DNA of 62,961 nt, counting the filler, from Octopus bimaculoides (Eukaryota), in NCBI RefSeq assembly GCF_001194135.2. It is 5 parts of 4 records of this genome, joined end to end, with 100 filler letters (N's around TTAATTAATTAA, not from the genome) between each part and the next. Parts side by side here need not be neighbours in the genome. Positions count along the whole stretch, not along the records: positions 1 to 19,471 come from NC_068986.1; 4 more parts are not named here. One strand, given 5' to 3'. The position numbers were made by a program, and so were the translations under genes. Shown here one piece after another: positions 1-11,611 of this stretch. Every line of letters starts with the position of its first letter. Positions within the stretch are counted from its first letter, which is position 1. The notes below the pieces were generated by a model, which saw nothing but the letters and a program-made list of their open reading frames with translations, was not told the DNA's origin and made no database searches.

Positions 1-227
1 GTGTGACAAGGCTGACCCTTTGAATTACAGGCACAACAGAATCAGGAAGTAAGAGAAAGTTGTGGTGAAAGAATACAGCAGGGTTCAACACCATCTCCTG
101 CCGGAGCCTCGTGGAGCTTTAGATGTTTTCGCTCAATAAACACTCACAACGCTCGGTCTAGGAATCGAAACCGCGATCCTATGACCGCGAGTCCGCTGCC
201 CTAACCACTGGGCCATTGCGCCTCCAC
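1..227 (-). mobile_element. tRNA-derived SINE, family E (5' part, runs off window)
   Basis: Reverse complement begins GTGGAGGCGCAATGGCCCAGTGGTTAGGGCAGCGGACTCGCGGTCATAGGATCGCGGTTTCGATTCC (A/B-box tRNA-like head). Near-identical copies at 6259-6600 and 62005-62388. Confidence 0.85.
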
Positions 228-2801
228 GAAGCAATATATAGATAATTAAAAATACAGAAAAATTGCGTGTACTTACTCTTTATTCAATACATGAAGCAAA
301 GTTATCAACGAGAAACATGCGCTTGATGTTTTTTGGGAACGTTTTCAATACTAGGACATATTTGAGAAAGATAAACCTTCATTTCTTCTTCGAAGCAACG
401 GAACCTCTCTCTTTTTGGGGGATTTGATGTTATTGGGGATTGAAAATCCCAACTGCATCGAAACGGATAAGGCTTTTTTTGCTACTGATAGGTATCCTCC
501 TATAATAGTAATCCAAAATGTATCAATAGTTAACTCAGCATACTTGATTTTTAGGTTCGTGATCACTGGATATAGATGCCAATTTCTCTTCTTCACATAT
601 TTTCAGACCAATATTAGATGGAGTTTTTATGAAGGGATTCCGAACCCAATCATACTCTTTTGTGTTCAGTGACGGAAAATAAAAGTTTATTTTTTCTTCC
701 AGATTTGTCAAATGTTCAAATACAATAGGAGTCATTTCTTTTATGCAATTTTTACGTATTAAGGGAAACATTTCGAAGTTACCACCTTCAGCTCCATTTT
801 CCCAAATTACAACTTCCTTTTTAAATGAAACCAGCTTATCTATCGAAATGAGAATGTTTTCATCTCTACCTTGCATACTTGTGTTGACGCTATTAAGTTG
901 TGAAAATATCTCTACTAAATATTCCTGCTTGGAAACCCAAAATTCACATTGTAGATATTCCAAGAGGCGTTCCTGTTTTTTCTTCTTTAAAAAATGCATG
1001 GAATTCATTCTGGAGTTCAAGTATGCGACGTAGTATCATACCTTTTGAGAGCCATCTGACTTTTGTGTGTAAAACTAAGCGCTTGTACTGGGAATCCATA
1101 CCAACACAAATTTGTTCAAATAAGCAACACTTCAACGGCCTACTTTTATTATAATTAGCCATTTCAACAACTTGGTTTAATACTTGTTTTAATACTTGGT
1201 AGTTTTTGAAACTAGTACCTCTCTGTGTAGGAAGCAATGACTACGTATAACATTAAGATGTTGCTGTTGTACGAGCGATACAAAACCTTTAATAGAGCCT
1301 ATCATAGATGGTGCCCCATCGGTACATATTTCAACACATGAAATCCAAGATAAATTCCATTTTACGAGGTAGGCAGATAAAATGTTAAAAATATCTTGAC
1401 CTCTTGTAGTGAGTGGCATTTCTTCGCAACAAAAGAACTAATTTATGATTTGGTTACCATCAATAAAGCGAATAAATGTAATTGTGCTTTGTTGCGATTT
1501 GGTTATCATCAATAAAGCGAATAAATGTAATTGTGCTTTGTTGCTAATGTCAGTTGATAAATCAACCTGTAGAGCAAATTTTGAGTTTTGAAGTTTATCT
1601 TCTATATCAGCAAATAAATCCATAATCCTCCGACGAATTGTATTATTTGAGAGCGGAATCTTGCTTATTTCTTGCTCGGCTTCATCACCTAACATGGTTT
1701 TAGCCATCTTTCTACAAGCGAGTAAGATAATCGACTCGGTTAAAGTATGCAATTTCGTTTGTTGTGCAATCATTTCGGCTATTTCAATAGACGCAACTTG
1801 AGCTTTTTCAGAAGCATTCATCCTTTTCTCAATATAGTTTCTAGCAGTCTTTGGAAATAATTCAGATCTTTACATTGAAGATGTGAGTGTTTAGCTGCAA
1901 AATGTCTTTTCAACTTGCTAGGCAACAAGCCTTCGTTAGGCATCTTTTCACCACAAACAACACACAGCGGAAGAGGTTGATACTCATTGTCAGTCCAATG
2001 AAACCCAAACTTTAAATAGCTGTAGCAATATTTACGATTGGGTCGAGCTTTTGCATTATTATAACTTCGCTTAGTTGCTTTTGACGAACGTTCACTTTCA
2101 GACTCATGATCGTCACGGGTATAGTTTCTCATAATAAATTTTTCTATTTTATGGCTAATTTAGTCTATTGATATGAACTGACTCGCACAAAGAGTACAGA
2201 TTACTAATAGAGTGAAACTGAGACTGAGATAAATGACCAGTGAACTGTGAAAAGTGGCAGCGTGGTCACACGTGATCGGATTCTTTTGAGAAGTCTTTCA
2301 AAATTAATTGAAAAGGTGTAAATTCTCGCCACTATATGAACAAAGTAAATTGAAATACAGCCGCAATACGAGAGGACGTATTAAAAGATTTAGTTCAACA
2401 TCGTATATTTTAGTTCAATAGCTTATTTTTCACACTTGTGATTGAAATGAAAACTGCTGAGGCTACGACCGAAATAAACTGAAACATAGTCATGCACTGC
2501 ATATATCCATAAGACGTCAATTTCGAGGATAGATTGATGCTAATTTAGTTCTTATCCTTATGAAATTTCAGATTCAAAATTGAATAACACTGTCATATCA
2601 TAATTAGCCAAAATGAACTGAATGACACAATCACCTCTCATTCTTAGTTTAGAACTTAGCATTTAATTTTTTGCCACTTTGACATTTGTATATGAACTTT
2701 CTAGTGTATTTCGGTTTCTATATTTCGTATTTTGAAATATAATCTTACTTTTTCGAGGCGCACCTAAACACATCTTGCGGCGCACGGTTTGGGAACCACT
2801 G
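228..2801 (-). mobile_element. hAT (Buster/Charlie-type) DNA transposon; 5' TIR present, 3' end interrupted by a SINE
   Basis: Minus strand starts CAGTGGTTCCCAAACCGTG at 2801, flanked by CCCTAACC (nnnTAnnn, the Buster-type target). Contains transposase fragments. Confidence 0.85.
305..2132 (-). pseudogene. Frameshifted Buster/ZBED5/SCAND3-like hAT transposase
   Basis: Consecutive minus-strand ORFs: BED-finger CVVCGEK...SKLKRHFAAKH (1818-2132); IPLSNNTIRRRI...FALQVDLSTD (1438-1821); ICTDGAPSMIG...HCFLHRE (1189-1419); HTKVRWLSKG (944-1237); WVRNPF (535-1020); C-terminal dimerisation region (351-596). Confidence 0.92.
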
Positions 2802-2914
2802 CCCTAACCACTAGGCCACTCGCCATTACGCAAGCAACCTTTTATAAATACTGTCATTGAAACACAGTGTTTATTTTATAAAACAAAGATTCCATATTGT
2901 AATATTCTGCATAT

Positions 2915-3305
2915 ACGCAGGTGCAAGTGTGGCAGTGTGGTTAGAAGCTTGCTTCCCAACCACAAAGTTCCGGGTTCAGTCCCACTGCGTAGTACTTTGG
3001 GCAAGTGTCTTCTATTATAGATCGGGCCGACCAAAGCCTTGTGAGTGGATTTAGTTGAAAGAAACTGAAAAAAACCCGTGGTATATATGTATGTGTGTGT
3101 GCGTGCGCGTGCGTCTTTGTGTCTGTTTTAGTCCCCCTCCACCGCTTGACAACTGGTTCTAGTGTGTTTACGTCCCCGTAAAAGACAGAATAAGAACCAA
3201 GCTTAAAAAATTAAGCACTGGGGCCGATTCATTCGACTGAAATCCTTCAAGGCGGTGCCCCTGTATGGCCGCAGTCTAACGACTGAAACAAGTAACAGAT
3301 AAAAG
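2915..3305 (+). mobile_element. tRNA-derived SINE, family A, near full length, with internal TA/TG microsatellite
   Basis: Head GTGTGGCAGTGTGGTTAGAAGCTTGCTTCCCAACC...GGGTTCAGTCCC, TTTGGGCAAGTGTCTTCTA block, and tail GGCCGCAGTC...GACTGAAACAAGTAA, all shared with many copies in the window. Confidence 0.85.
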
Positions 3306-3314
3306 ATAACATTG

Positions 3315-3319
<5 letters not shown>

Positions 3320-3406
<87 letters not shown>
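3320..3406. repeat. (TG)n microsatellite, representative of dozens of TG/TA/TC/TATG/TATC tracts in the window
   Basis: Direct reading of the sequence. Confidence 0.98.
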
Positions 3407-3409
<3 letters not shown>

Positions 3410-4257
3410 CATAGCAAGCATAAAAATCTGAAGCAAAATATCACAACAAAATGCAAAGCAGTAGCTATACAGCCCCAGGACTGTGTATCTGGTCAGTCAA
3501 ATAGGTTAACTAATTAGATCATCACCAGTTCTATTCTAATCACTAGTGGTGAGAAATTTGTTTGCAGTCCTACAGTGATTGACATATACGTGTAATCCAA
3601 GTTGGTATGTTTACTTTACCTACACACGACCAAATCTTAGTAACGAAGCCTCAATCAAATGCAGTCCGGAAGTAAAATCTACGCTATCGTGGTAATGATT
3701 CCCAAAGGTTTCATGCCGTCACCACCACCCATAAAAAAATAAAAAGAAGAAAAGAAAACAGAAGTGTGAGGTGAATATAGGTTGTAAAGGAGAAAAAGAA
3801 GAGCGTTCAACATTTCAACAATCCAGATTATGAACCTTTCGTCTAGAAAAACTAAAACAGAGAAGAGGAAAAGAAGAGATGAATGAAATGGCTTCTACTG
3901 AAGCCATCACATGTCGGAAAATGGCCGACGGAAGGAATTAAAACAATGACATTTTAATTTCAAGACGGTTTACTAATGATTGAAACTATCACACACACAC
4001 AACCTACGATATCGAGAAGAAATTACCAACTGGTTGACTCTAAGTGGGGTGAGAATATCTGTAATTCATTCAAGAGAGCAAAGATGCGTTTGTACTAAAA
4101 AGAAGTATCAAAAAAAAAAAAAAGGCTTGCAAGTTCATTACCCTTCCCAGTAGATAGACATGCGTCTTGGCTCTTTGCCAAGGGGATCTTTTCCAACTTT
4201 GCCGAATACTTGCTAATTATTACCCACCTATTTTCACTCTATAAACAGGCATATGTA

Positions 4258-4372
<115 letters not shown>

Positions 4373-4759
4373 ACTACACTAGCTCCTGGGTCAACGAGAG
4401 AGCCTCTATATAATCGCTCGACCTGTAAGAACTATCTGCTAAATCACCTACAAATCATATTCTACCGTCATAAGTAAGGGAAAAGACATCACACGATAAT
4501 GTAGTTCTAAATATTTCTAAGGGAACGGGATGGTCGCTACTAGAATGCAGTTGCTCATAAGTCTATTCGATCAGAGATGATCTAGAGCAAAACAACACAC
4601 ACACATCCATATATTCACATATATGTATATGTATATATATATATATATGTATGTGAGAGTGTATGTATATCCATATGCATGATGTACATGTGTGTTAAAA
4701 ACATAGGTGTACATAAATGTGTGTATGTGTTTTTGTAAATGTATTTATATGTGTGTGCC

Positions 4760-5190
4760 TCCATTTTCTAATGTAATGCGACCAGTTTACCCTATGTTCA
4801 CTGAATTTATTAAGGACGTTACCTGAACATTTTAACATGTTCCATAACTCAGTCCAGTTTGTTTGATTATATTTCAGGTAATTTGAATTTATTTTTGTTA
4901 TATTTCAGTTCTCAATTTTTTTCCGCGAGCGGCGTCACCTTAGCCTTATCACGTTTATTGAAAGTATGATGACGATTATATAATATTTCCTTAAATCGCG
5001 TTGTTGAACCGATATAGGTAAATGTAGTTAGATTAGTTCGGACATCACATCTATAAGTACTATTTTTAGTGGGGCATAACTTATTAAGAGAGCATAGAAG
5101 TCTATTTCTAAAATTACACAATTAAAGAGATTCATAGACATTAATATTTCCTGTGCTGTTAGCAGGAATATTAATCTGTTTTTCATATGT
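4760..5190 (-). pseudogene. Penelope-like element GIY-YIG endonuclease fragment
   Basis: CNFRNRLLCSLNKLC...STYRCDV...TYIGSTTRFKE matches the CxC...CPL...C...IY...YIG pattern of PLE endonucleases; degraded continuation toward about 4760. Confidence 0.75.
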
Positions 5191-5288
5191 GATTTAATCG
5201 ACTAGCCCCCCGGGCCTTGTACCTAGAGTACAAAAGAATATTTGTAATAGTACTGCTATTGCAATGGCAGTACTATTACTGCCATTGC

Positions 5289-5372
5289 AATTATACCTGA
5301 TGATGGTAGATATTATATTGTGATTTAATCTTTCATGAATGCATTAATATACCGAAACAGCTGTCGTCAATT
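5289..5372 (+). ncRNA. Minimal type I hammerhead ribozyme motif (PLE pLTR)
   Basis: CTGATGA 5297-5303; stem II GGTA..TATTA/TAATA.TACC; GAAA 5354-5357; palindromic ACAGCTGT stem III; GUC cleavage triplet 5363-5365; imperfect stem I. Confidence 0.65.
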
Positions 5373-5610
5373 TTAAACACCATCTATGTTTATTTTTTAT
5401 ACCTACGCCACACCAAGACTCAACCCCAGAATGTGATCTATTGCTTAAATCAAATTTGGTATTTGCAGATCTACAGTGTCCTACCAATATATGATGTCTT
5501 CAACATTGTTTACTTGACTTTGAGCTCTATGTTATCGTACCTAGCCATTTCTGGTGTCCTGTGTATTGATGTGCTTTGATTCTAATAAGCCCTTATAACT
5601 AAACCATATA

Positions 5611-5827
5611 CAGTTATCCATCGACTATCGCGGGTGTTACGTTCCAAAATCCCACGAGATAGGCGAAAATCCGCGAAGTAGAAACAATACTGTATATTTT
5701 TTTTATTTTATTTTCATAATTTGTATATATCTGTTTCATTATAAATGCAAAACGACACCACGGAGGAATCGACGTAAGCTTAAATAATAAACTGCGATAA
5801 GTGAACCGCGATATGGCGTGGGATTAC

Positions 5828-5829
<2 letters not shown>
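5611..5829. mobile_element. pogo/Tigger-type MITE
   Basis: Imperfect TIRs CAGTTATCCATCGACTATCGCGG / CCGCGATATGGCGTGGGATTACTG; TA on the left flank. Confidence 0.75.
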
Positions 5830-5869
<40 letters not shown>

Positions 5870-6258
5870 NNNNNNNNNNNNNNNNNNNNNNNNNNNNNNN
5901 NNNNNNNNNNNNNNNNNNNNNNNNNNNNNNNNNNNNNNNNNNNNNNNNNNNNNNNNNNNNNNNNNNNNNNNNNNNNNNNNNNNNNNNNNNNNNNNNNNNN
6001 NNNNNNNNNNNNNNNNNNNNNNNNNNNNNNNNNNNNNNNNNNNNNNNNNNNNNNNNNNNNNNNNNNNNNNNNNNNNNNNNNNNNNNNNNNNNNNNNNNNN
6101 NNNNNNNNNNNNNNNNNNNNNNNNNNNNNNNNNNNNNNNNNNNNNNNNNNNNNNNNNNNNNNNNNNNNNNNNNNNNNNNNNNNNNNNNNNNNNNNNNNNN
6201 NNNNNNNNNNNNNNNNNNNNNNNNNNNNNNNNNNNNNNNNNNNNNNNNNNNNNNNNNT

Positions 6259-6600
6259 GATCCGATCAACGGAACAGCCTGCTCGTGAAATTAACGTGAA
6301 AGTGGCTGAGCAATCCACAGACACGTGTACTCTTAACGTAGTTCTCGGGGATATTCAGCGTGACACAGTGTGACAAGGCTGGCCCTTTGAAATACAGGTA
6401 CAACAGAAACAGGAAGAAAGAGTGAGAGAAAGTTGTGGTGGAAGAGTACAGCAGGGTTCGCCACCATCCCCTGCCGGAGCCTCGTGGAGCTTTAGGTGTT
6501 TTCGCTCAATAAACACTCACAACGCCCGGTCTAGGAATCGAAACCGCGATCCTATGACCGCGAGTCCGCTGCCCTAACCACTGGGCCATTGCGCCTCCAC
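6259..6600 (-). mobile_element. tRNA-derived SINE, family E
   Basis: Near identical to 1-227 and to the reverse complement of 62005-62345. Confidence 0.88.
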
Positions 6601-6709
6601 CGTGTAACATGTGTATGAGGCTAAAACACTCTGTAGATTGCAATGGTCAATAAAATGGAAATAAAATTTTAGAAACTGTTCTTTCTCTGTGGCCTTGAAT
6701 CAAATGATC

Positions 6710-6734
6710 GCAGCCCGGTGGTTGGGGAAGCCTG
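6710..6734. mobile_element. Isolated hAT-type terminus
   Basis: Reverse complement CAGGCTTCCCCAACCACCGGGCTGC resembles Charlie/Buster ends; no partner found. Confidence 0.3.
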
Positions 6735-7683
6735 GTTTATAGAATTAAATTAGGAATCTAAGGAGAGTGCAGATGATCTGTGTTTGTAGTAATTAGTCCT
6801 TGGAGGATAAGTTCAGTTTCCGTAAGGAGAGAAGAATCTACCATTTGAAAGGGTCCTTACATTTAGTCTAAGATTGAAGACACTATTGACAAAGAGATGT
6901 TGTTTGATTGAAAGCAGATAATCTTTTAATCACACTTCTCTTCAAAATGTTTTCTGCCTCGTCAAAAGAAATTCATCGACGTAAATGAAATGAGAATTGT
7001 ATGAGGAAAAGTCAGGGGAGAAGAAAGAAAGAAAGAGAGAGAGTGTGAGTGAGTGAGTGAGTGAGTGAGTGAGTGAGTGAATGAGTGAGTGAGTGAATGA
7101 GTGAGTGAGTGAGGGACGGAGGGAGGGATAGAACAGAGGAAAAGAGAAGCGGGTAGACAAACAAAATATTAGGTTATTAGTGCAGCGCAAAAGACGTGAA
7201 AACTACTTTTACCCTGAATGATAGCGACCTTGAAAGAAGAAAATAAAAAGAAAAAATAATAAGTTACGTGTGGTATTTAATTGGTTGCAGAGTGGGGTTA
7301 AAGGGGGAAAAACTTATAAATAGTCTAACAGAAAACAGATGAGATATGAAGTAAAAATAGACCGAATGTTTAATTGTTAGCAGAGGTAGCCATTGATGTT
7401 ACAGATGTTTTATATCGTTGGGGACAGATGACGGCTTGTTAAACTAACGTTGCCATGAGATTTAAACACAAAGTGGCCAAATGTAAAAGAACACAAAAAA
7501 AAAAAGATAATAAAAGAATACTTTATTCAGGATTAAATTATAAATAAATTTGAGTGAATGCCATGACACTCCCTACCTCTACACACATTTGAGGTTTAAG
7601 TATGTGTGTGTAAGTATATATATACACATAAATATAAATACACACACACACATTTTCTCTCTCTCTTTCTCTCTCACTCTCTC

Positions 7684-7714
<31 letters not shown>

Positions 7715-8099
7715 ACTCTCTCTTCTCTCTCTCTCTCTCTCTCTNNNNNNNNNNNNNNNNNNNNNNNNNNNNNNNNNNNNNNNNNNNNNNNNNNNNNNNN
7801 NNNNNNNNNNNNNNNNNNNNNNNNNNNNNNNNNNNNNNNNNNNNNNNNNNNNNNNNNNNNNNNNNNNNNNNNNNNNNNNNNNNNNNNNNNNNNNNNNNNN
7901 NNNNNNNNNNNNNNNNNNNNNNNNNNNNNNNNNNNNNNNNNNNNNNNNNNNNNNNNNNNNNNNNNNNNNNNNNNNNNNNNNNNNNNNNNNNNNNNNNNNN
8001 NNNNNNNNNNNNNNNNNNNNNNNNNNNNNNNNNNNNNNNNNNNNNNNNNNNNNNNNNNNNNNNNNNNCAGATACAGACATAAGATTAATCTAAAAAAAA

Positions 8100-8260
8100 T
8101 ACGGAGAAAAAGACAAGAAGAAAACAACAACGCGAGGACGTGGTACATGCAAAGTATTAATAAGGCGCTGAGAGAAGGAAAGAAAGAGTGGTTGTTTTAC
8201 GTTTCTTCGGAAACAGGAGACATACTAAAGTCCAAAAGAAAAGGAAAAAGGAGAAAAAAA
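8100..8260 (-). mobile_element. Diverged PLE pLTR-like segment, inverted relative to the adjacent RT
   Basis: Minus strand GAAACGTAAAAC...CAGCGCC..ATTAATAC...ACCACGTCCTCGCGTTGTTGTTTT aligns by eye with the pLTR at 31981-32140; the hammerhead core is collapsed. Confidence 0.4.
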
Positions 8261-8269
8261 TTGCCAACA

Positions 8270-8910
8270 GTCCACGTCACCACAAGGGGCTGCGTAGACT
8301 CCAACATTTCCTTCAGCTTCTACCCAACCCCCAGCCCGACACATCCACACTCGTTCGTCTGGCCGAACTTGTCCTCTCACTCAACTGCTTCTAGTTCGCT
8401 GGTGATTTTTACCAGCAGATTCGGGAGTGGACATGGGAACGAGAATGGGCCCCAACTATACGAACCTGTTCGTTGGCTACGTTGGCTACGTTGAGGTCCA
8501 AATATTCCCACTCCCAAACTATACGGTCGTTATATTGACGACTGTATCGGTGCGACCTCACTCTCCCGCGAACATCTAGACTCCTCTTTTGTCAAATCTT
8601 TCCATCCTGCCCTCCACTTCTGCACTCTCTCTGACACCTCTGTCTCCTTTCTTGACATTTCGGTCAGCATTCATCACTCCACTCTCACCACCTCCATCCA
8701 TTACAAACACACAAACTCACACTCATACCTCAACTTCTCCTCCCACCCTAAACACACCAAGCTTTCCATCCCCCTATTCCCAGTTCCTCCGTCTACGCTG
8801 GCTCTGCAGTGACGACCATGACTTTGAGACTCAGTCTCAACTCATGGCTCGCCACTTCATCCTACGTGGTTATCCCCTCACCACTATCCACACCGCCCTT
8901 GCCAGAGCAC
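8270..8910 (+). pseudogene. Penelope-like element reverse transcriptase fragment
   Basis: Frameshifted translation: LVRLAELVLSLNCF, MGTRMGPNYTNLFVGY, YGRYIDDCIG, SFLDISV, HSYLNFSSHP, SIPYSQFLRLRWLCS, FILRGYP. Confidence 0.88.
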
Positions 8911-8911
8911 A

Positions 8912-9495
8912 TTCCGTGGTTAATCTCCGCTCGTGTCCATTTCAAGATGGCTGTACTATAGCGGACTAGAGTAGCAGCCCATATGTTGATGGCAGTCACA
9001 AGGTTCCTTGAGCTGAGTTTTGATTTCAAGGGAAGTTTGAGGCGCTTGAAATATACAGTGATGGCCTTGTCTCTCATTTCTCTGTGCAAGAGATTGTCCA
9101 GCTCCAGGATCCGAAGGTACATGTACCCATCATCATCCGGGTCTTCCATTCTCTCTTCGTTAAGCAATTCTATGCCCCTACAATCTGCTCTTTTTCACCC
9201 CCCGCCACCCTTTGAAAGTGAGCACTGCACACTTCGAGATACCGAATTCCATCCCTATATCCTTGTTGCACATCTGCACAGCCTCGACCAGCCTCTCCAT
9301 TTCAGGCTCTATTTTTGCAAAGAATTTTAAATCATCCATGAAGAGAAGGTGGTTGAGACGAGGTCCATTCTTTCTCAGCCCGTAGAGCGCGTTGACTTTG
9401 CGTAGGATTATAGAAAGTGGGATCAAGGTTATAACAAATAACAAAGGTGAACAAGAATCTCCTTGGAAGATACCTCTTTTGATTATTAACTCAGC
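8912..9495 (-). pseudogene. R4/Dong-like (RLE clade) non-LTR retrotransposon RT fragment
   Basis: KRGIFQGDSCSPLLFVITLIP, NHLLFMDDLK, GMEFGISKCA, YMYLRILE, NLVTAINIWAATLVRYS. Confidence 0.85.
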
Positions 9496-9519
9496 TAAGT
9501 GCTGGTTGTAACAGAAAAG

Positions 9520-10028
9520 ATGTATTTTCCGATCGCATGTAAATGCTTGCAGGCAGTTTTCTGGCTAACTTGAAGTTCTTTTGCCAGTTCTCGAGTGGTT
9601 TTACGTGGATCTTTTTCAATGACGGTCTTTAATTGACCGTCATCGATGACAGATGGGTGTCCACTACACTCACGATCTTCAATGCACAGGTCTCCACTGC
9701 GAAATCGTTTAAACCATTTTCGAACTGGCCACTCGCTGGTCATTTCTTCACCAAACGTTTCGTTGATATCGCAAGTAGTTTCAGCTCCTTCACGTCCGTT
9801 TCTGAAGTTGAATAGCAAAATTACTCGAATATCGTGCTTTGACAGTTCCATTTCAGATGGTTGTAACAACGGTGAAAAAAATATCAATGTTAATTTATTG
9901 ATGCATTTGGTATATGTTTGTATTATCAGACAATTGCAAAAATGTTTTAATAAATTCAGAACTCTGCTAAACACCGGTTCAAATTCTTCACGGTTCAAAA
10001 CGTTTGCTTACTTTTTACTCAGCCTGCT
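9520..10028 (-). mobile_element. mariner transposon 5' fragment (HTH domains)
   Basis: MELSKHDIRVILLFNF...WFKRFRSGDLCIEDRECSGHPS...DPRKTTRELAKELQVS, with ATG at 9851. Confidence 0.88.
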
Positions 10029-10039
10029 ATATATATATA

Positions 10040-10990
10040 TATATATGGGAGAATGTACGAAAAAACAACAGACGAGGACAGGTGGTGTAAATAACAAAAG
10101 GATGTATTAGTATGACGCTCGGGAATACGGAAAGTCTTTGACGTTTCGAGCTACGCTCTTCAACAGAAAGAATACGGAGACAAGGAGAAAAACACGGAGA
10201 AAAAAAATTGAATAGTGTTCAGTCAACGGTCAATCATAATAATGGCTGACCGGAAGTTAGAAATTCTTTTTTCAGGAGAGCTAAGAAAAGGGGGAGATAA
10301 CAAACGGTGATCGAAGAACGAGGGGCTGTGTGTGTGGGAGATAGAATGTTGGTGATCTTGACGTATGTAGTGTGAAAGTGGGGAAGGGAGAAAGGAGTTG
10401 GTCAGTTGTAGTGTGTGCGTGGTGTGATGTGAGGGTATTGGTGTGATGTGATGTGAAGGTGTTGGGAGGTGGGGAAGGCATGGGTGGAGTGTGGGTTAGA
10501 GGTAGGGGTATGTGGGTAGGGTGGGGTATGTGGGTAGGTGGNNNNNNNNNNNNNNNNNNNNNNNNNNNNNNNNNNNNNNNNNNNNNNNNNNNNNNNNNNN
10601 NNNNNNNNNNNNNNNNNNNNNNNNNNNNNNNNNNNNNNNNNNNNNNNNNNNNNNNNNNNNNNNNNNNNNNNNNNNNNNNNNNNNNNNNNNNNNNNNNNNN
10701 NNNNNNNNNNNNNNNNNNNNNNNNNNNNNNNNNNNNNNNNNNNNNNNNNNNNNNNNNNNNNNNNNNNNNNNNNGAGTAGGGGTGAAGAGAAGTGGGAGTG
10801 AAGAGAAGTAGGAAGAGAAGTTGGAGTGAAGAGAAGTAGGAGTGAAGAGACGTACAAAGAAGTAGGAGTCGGAGCAGGAGGCGAGGTGGGGGAGGGGGAG
10901 AGATGGGTGGTAGGAGGGAGGGTGGGGGATAGAGACAACGTTGATGTCTCGGAGGTGTTCCGCGAATCGGTCGGCCAGGCCGCGCACGAA
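10040..10990 (-). mobile_element. PLE 3' end: GIY-YIG tail, C-rich spacer, and pLTR with hammerhead, ending in a TA repeat
   Basis: RGLADRFAEHLRDI at about 10940-10987. The 10041-10194 block is near-identical (reverse complement) to 31981-32140. Confidence 0.7.
10135..10171 (-). ncRNA. Minimal hammerhead-like motif with atypical CUGUUGA core
   Basis: Minus strand UCUUU-CUGUUGA-A-GAGC-GUA-GCUC-GAAA-C-GUC-AAAGA: perfect stems I and II, palindromic ACGU stem III. Confidence 0.65.
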
Positions 10991-11565
10991 AGAGAAAGGA
11001 ACTAAAAACTTGCATTCATAGAAACATAGGAAGGAAGGAATGTGAAAAATATATAGTTATTGCTCTTGAAAGAAACTAACATTGGACAATAGACGAATTA
11101 GTGTTAACATACTTAACTCAGGAAACAACGATGAAAGTTGACTCGAAATAATACCGCGAAGTGAAAGGGAAAAAACAAAACAATATTTATTAATCATCGA
11201 CTAATGTCATTTTAACTGTCATTGTTCATTTTAATTGTTGAGCGGAAATTCCGGAGATATTCCTGTGTCATCACTCTAAGAGTGAAACGGCGAAACCAGC
11301 TTTACTACATAGATGTAGGCATTTCTGTGTGGGTTAAGAACTTTGCGTTTTTAGGCACATAACTTTGAGTTCAGTTCCACTCACCTTGGGTAAGTGTTTC
11401 TCTTCTATTATACGCCAATGTCTTGTGAGTGGATTTGATAGACAGAAGCTGTTACATTCTTCCATATATGTATGTGTGTGTGTGTGTGTGTGCGCGCGCG
11501 CGTATATACATATATACATATATATATATGTATGTATATATTTATGTGTGTGTGAGTGTGTGTGT

Positions 11566-11611
<46 letters not shown>

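Noticed and set aside
2454-2480. CTGCTGA-GG..CC-GAAA hammerhead-like string
   Set aside because: Mutated core, 2-bp stem II, no stem III or NUH; inside the hAT subterminal region.
11274-11300. CTAAGAG...GCGAAACCAGC pLTR/hammerhead-like string
   Set aside because: Core incomplete and stem II not formable; at best a decayed remnant.
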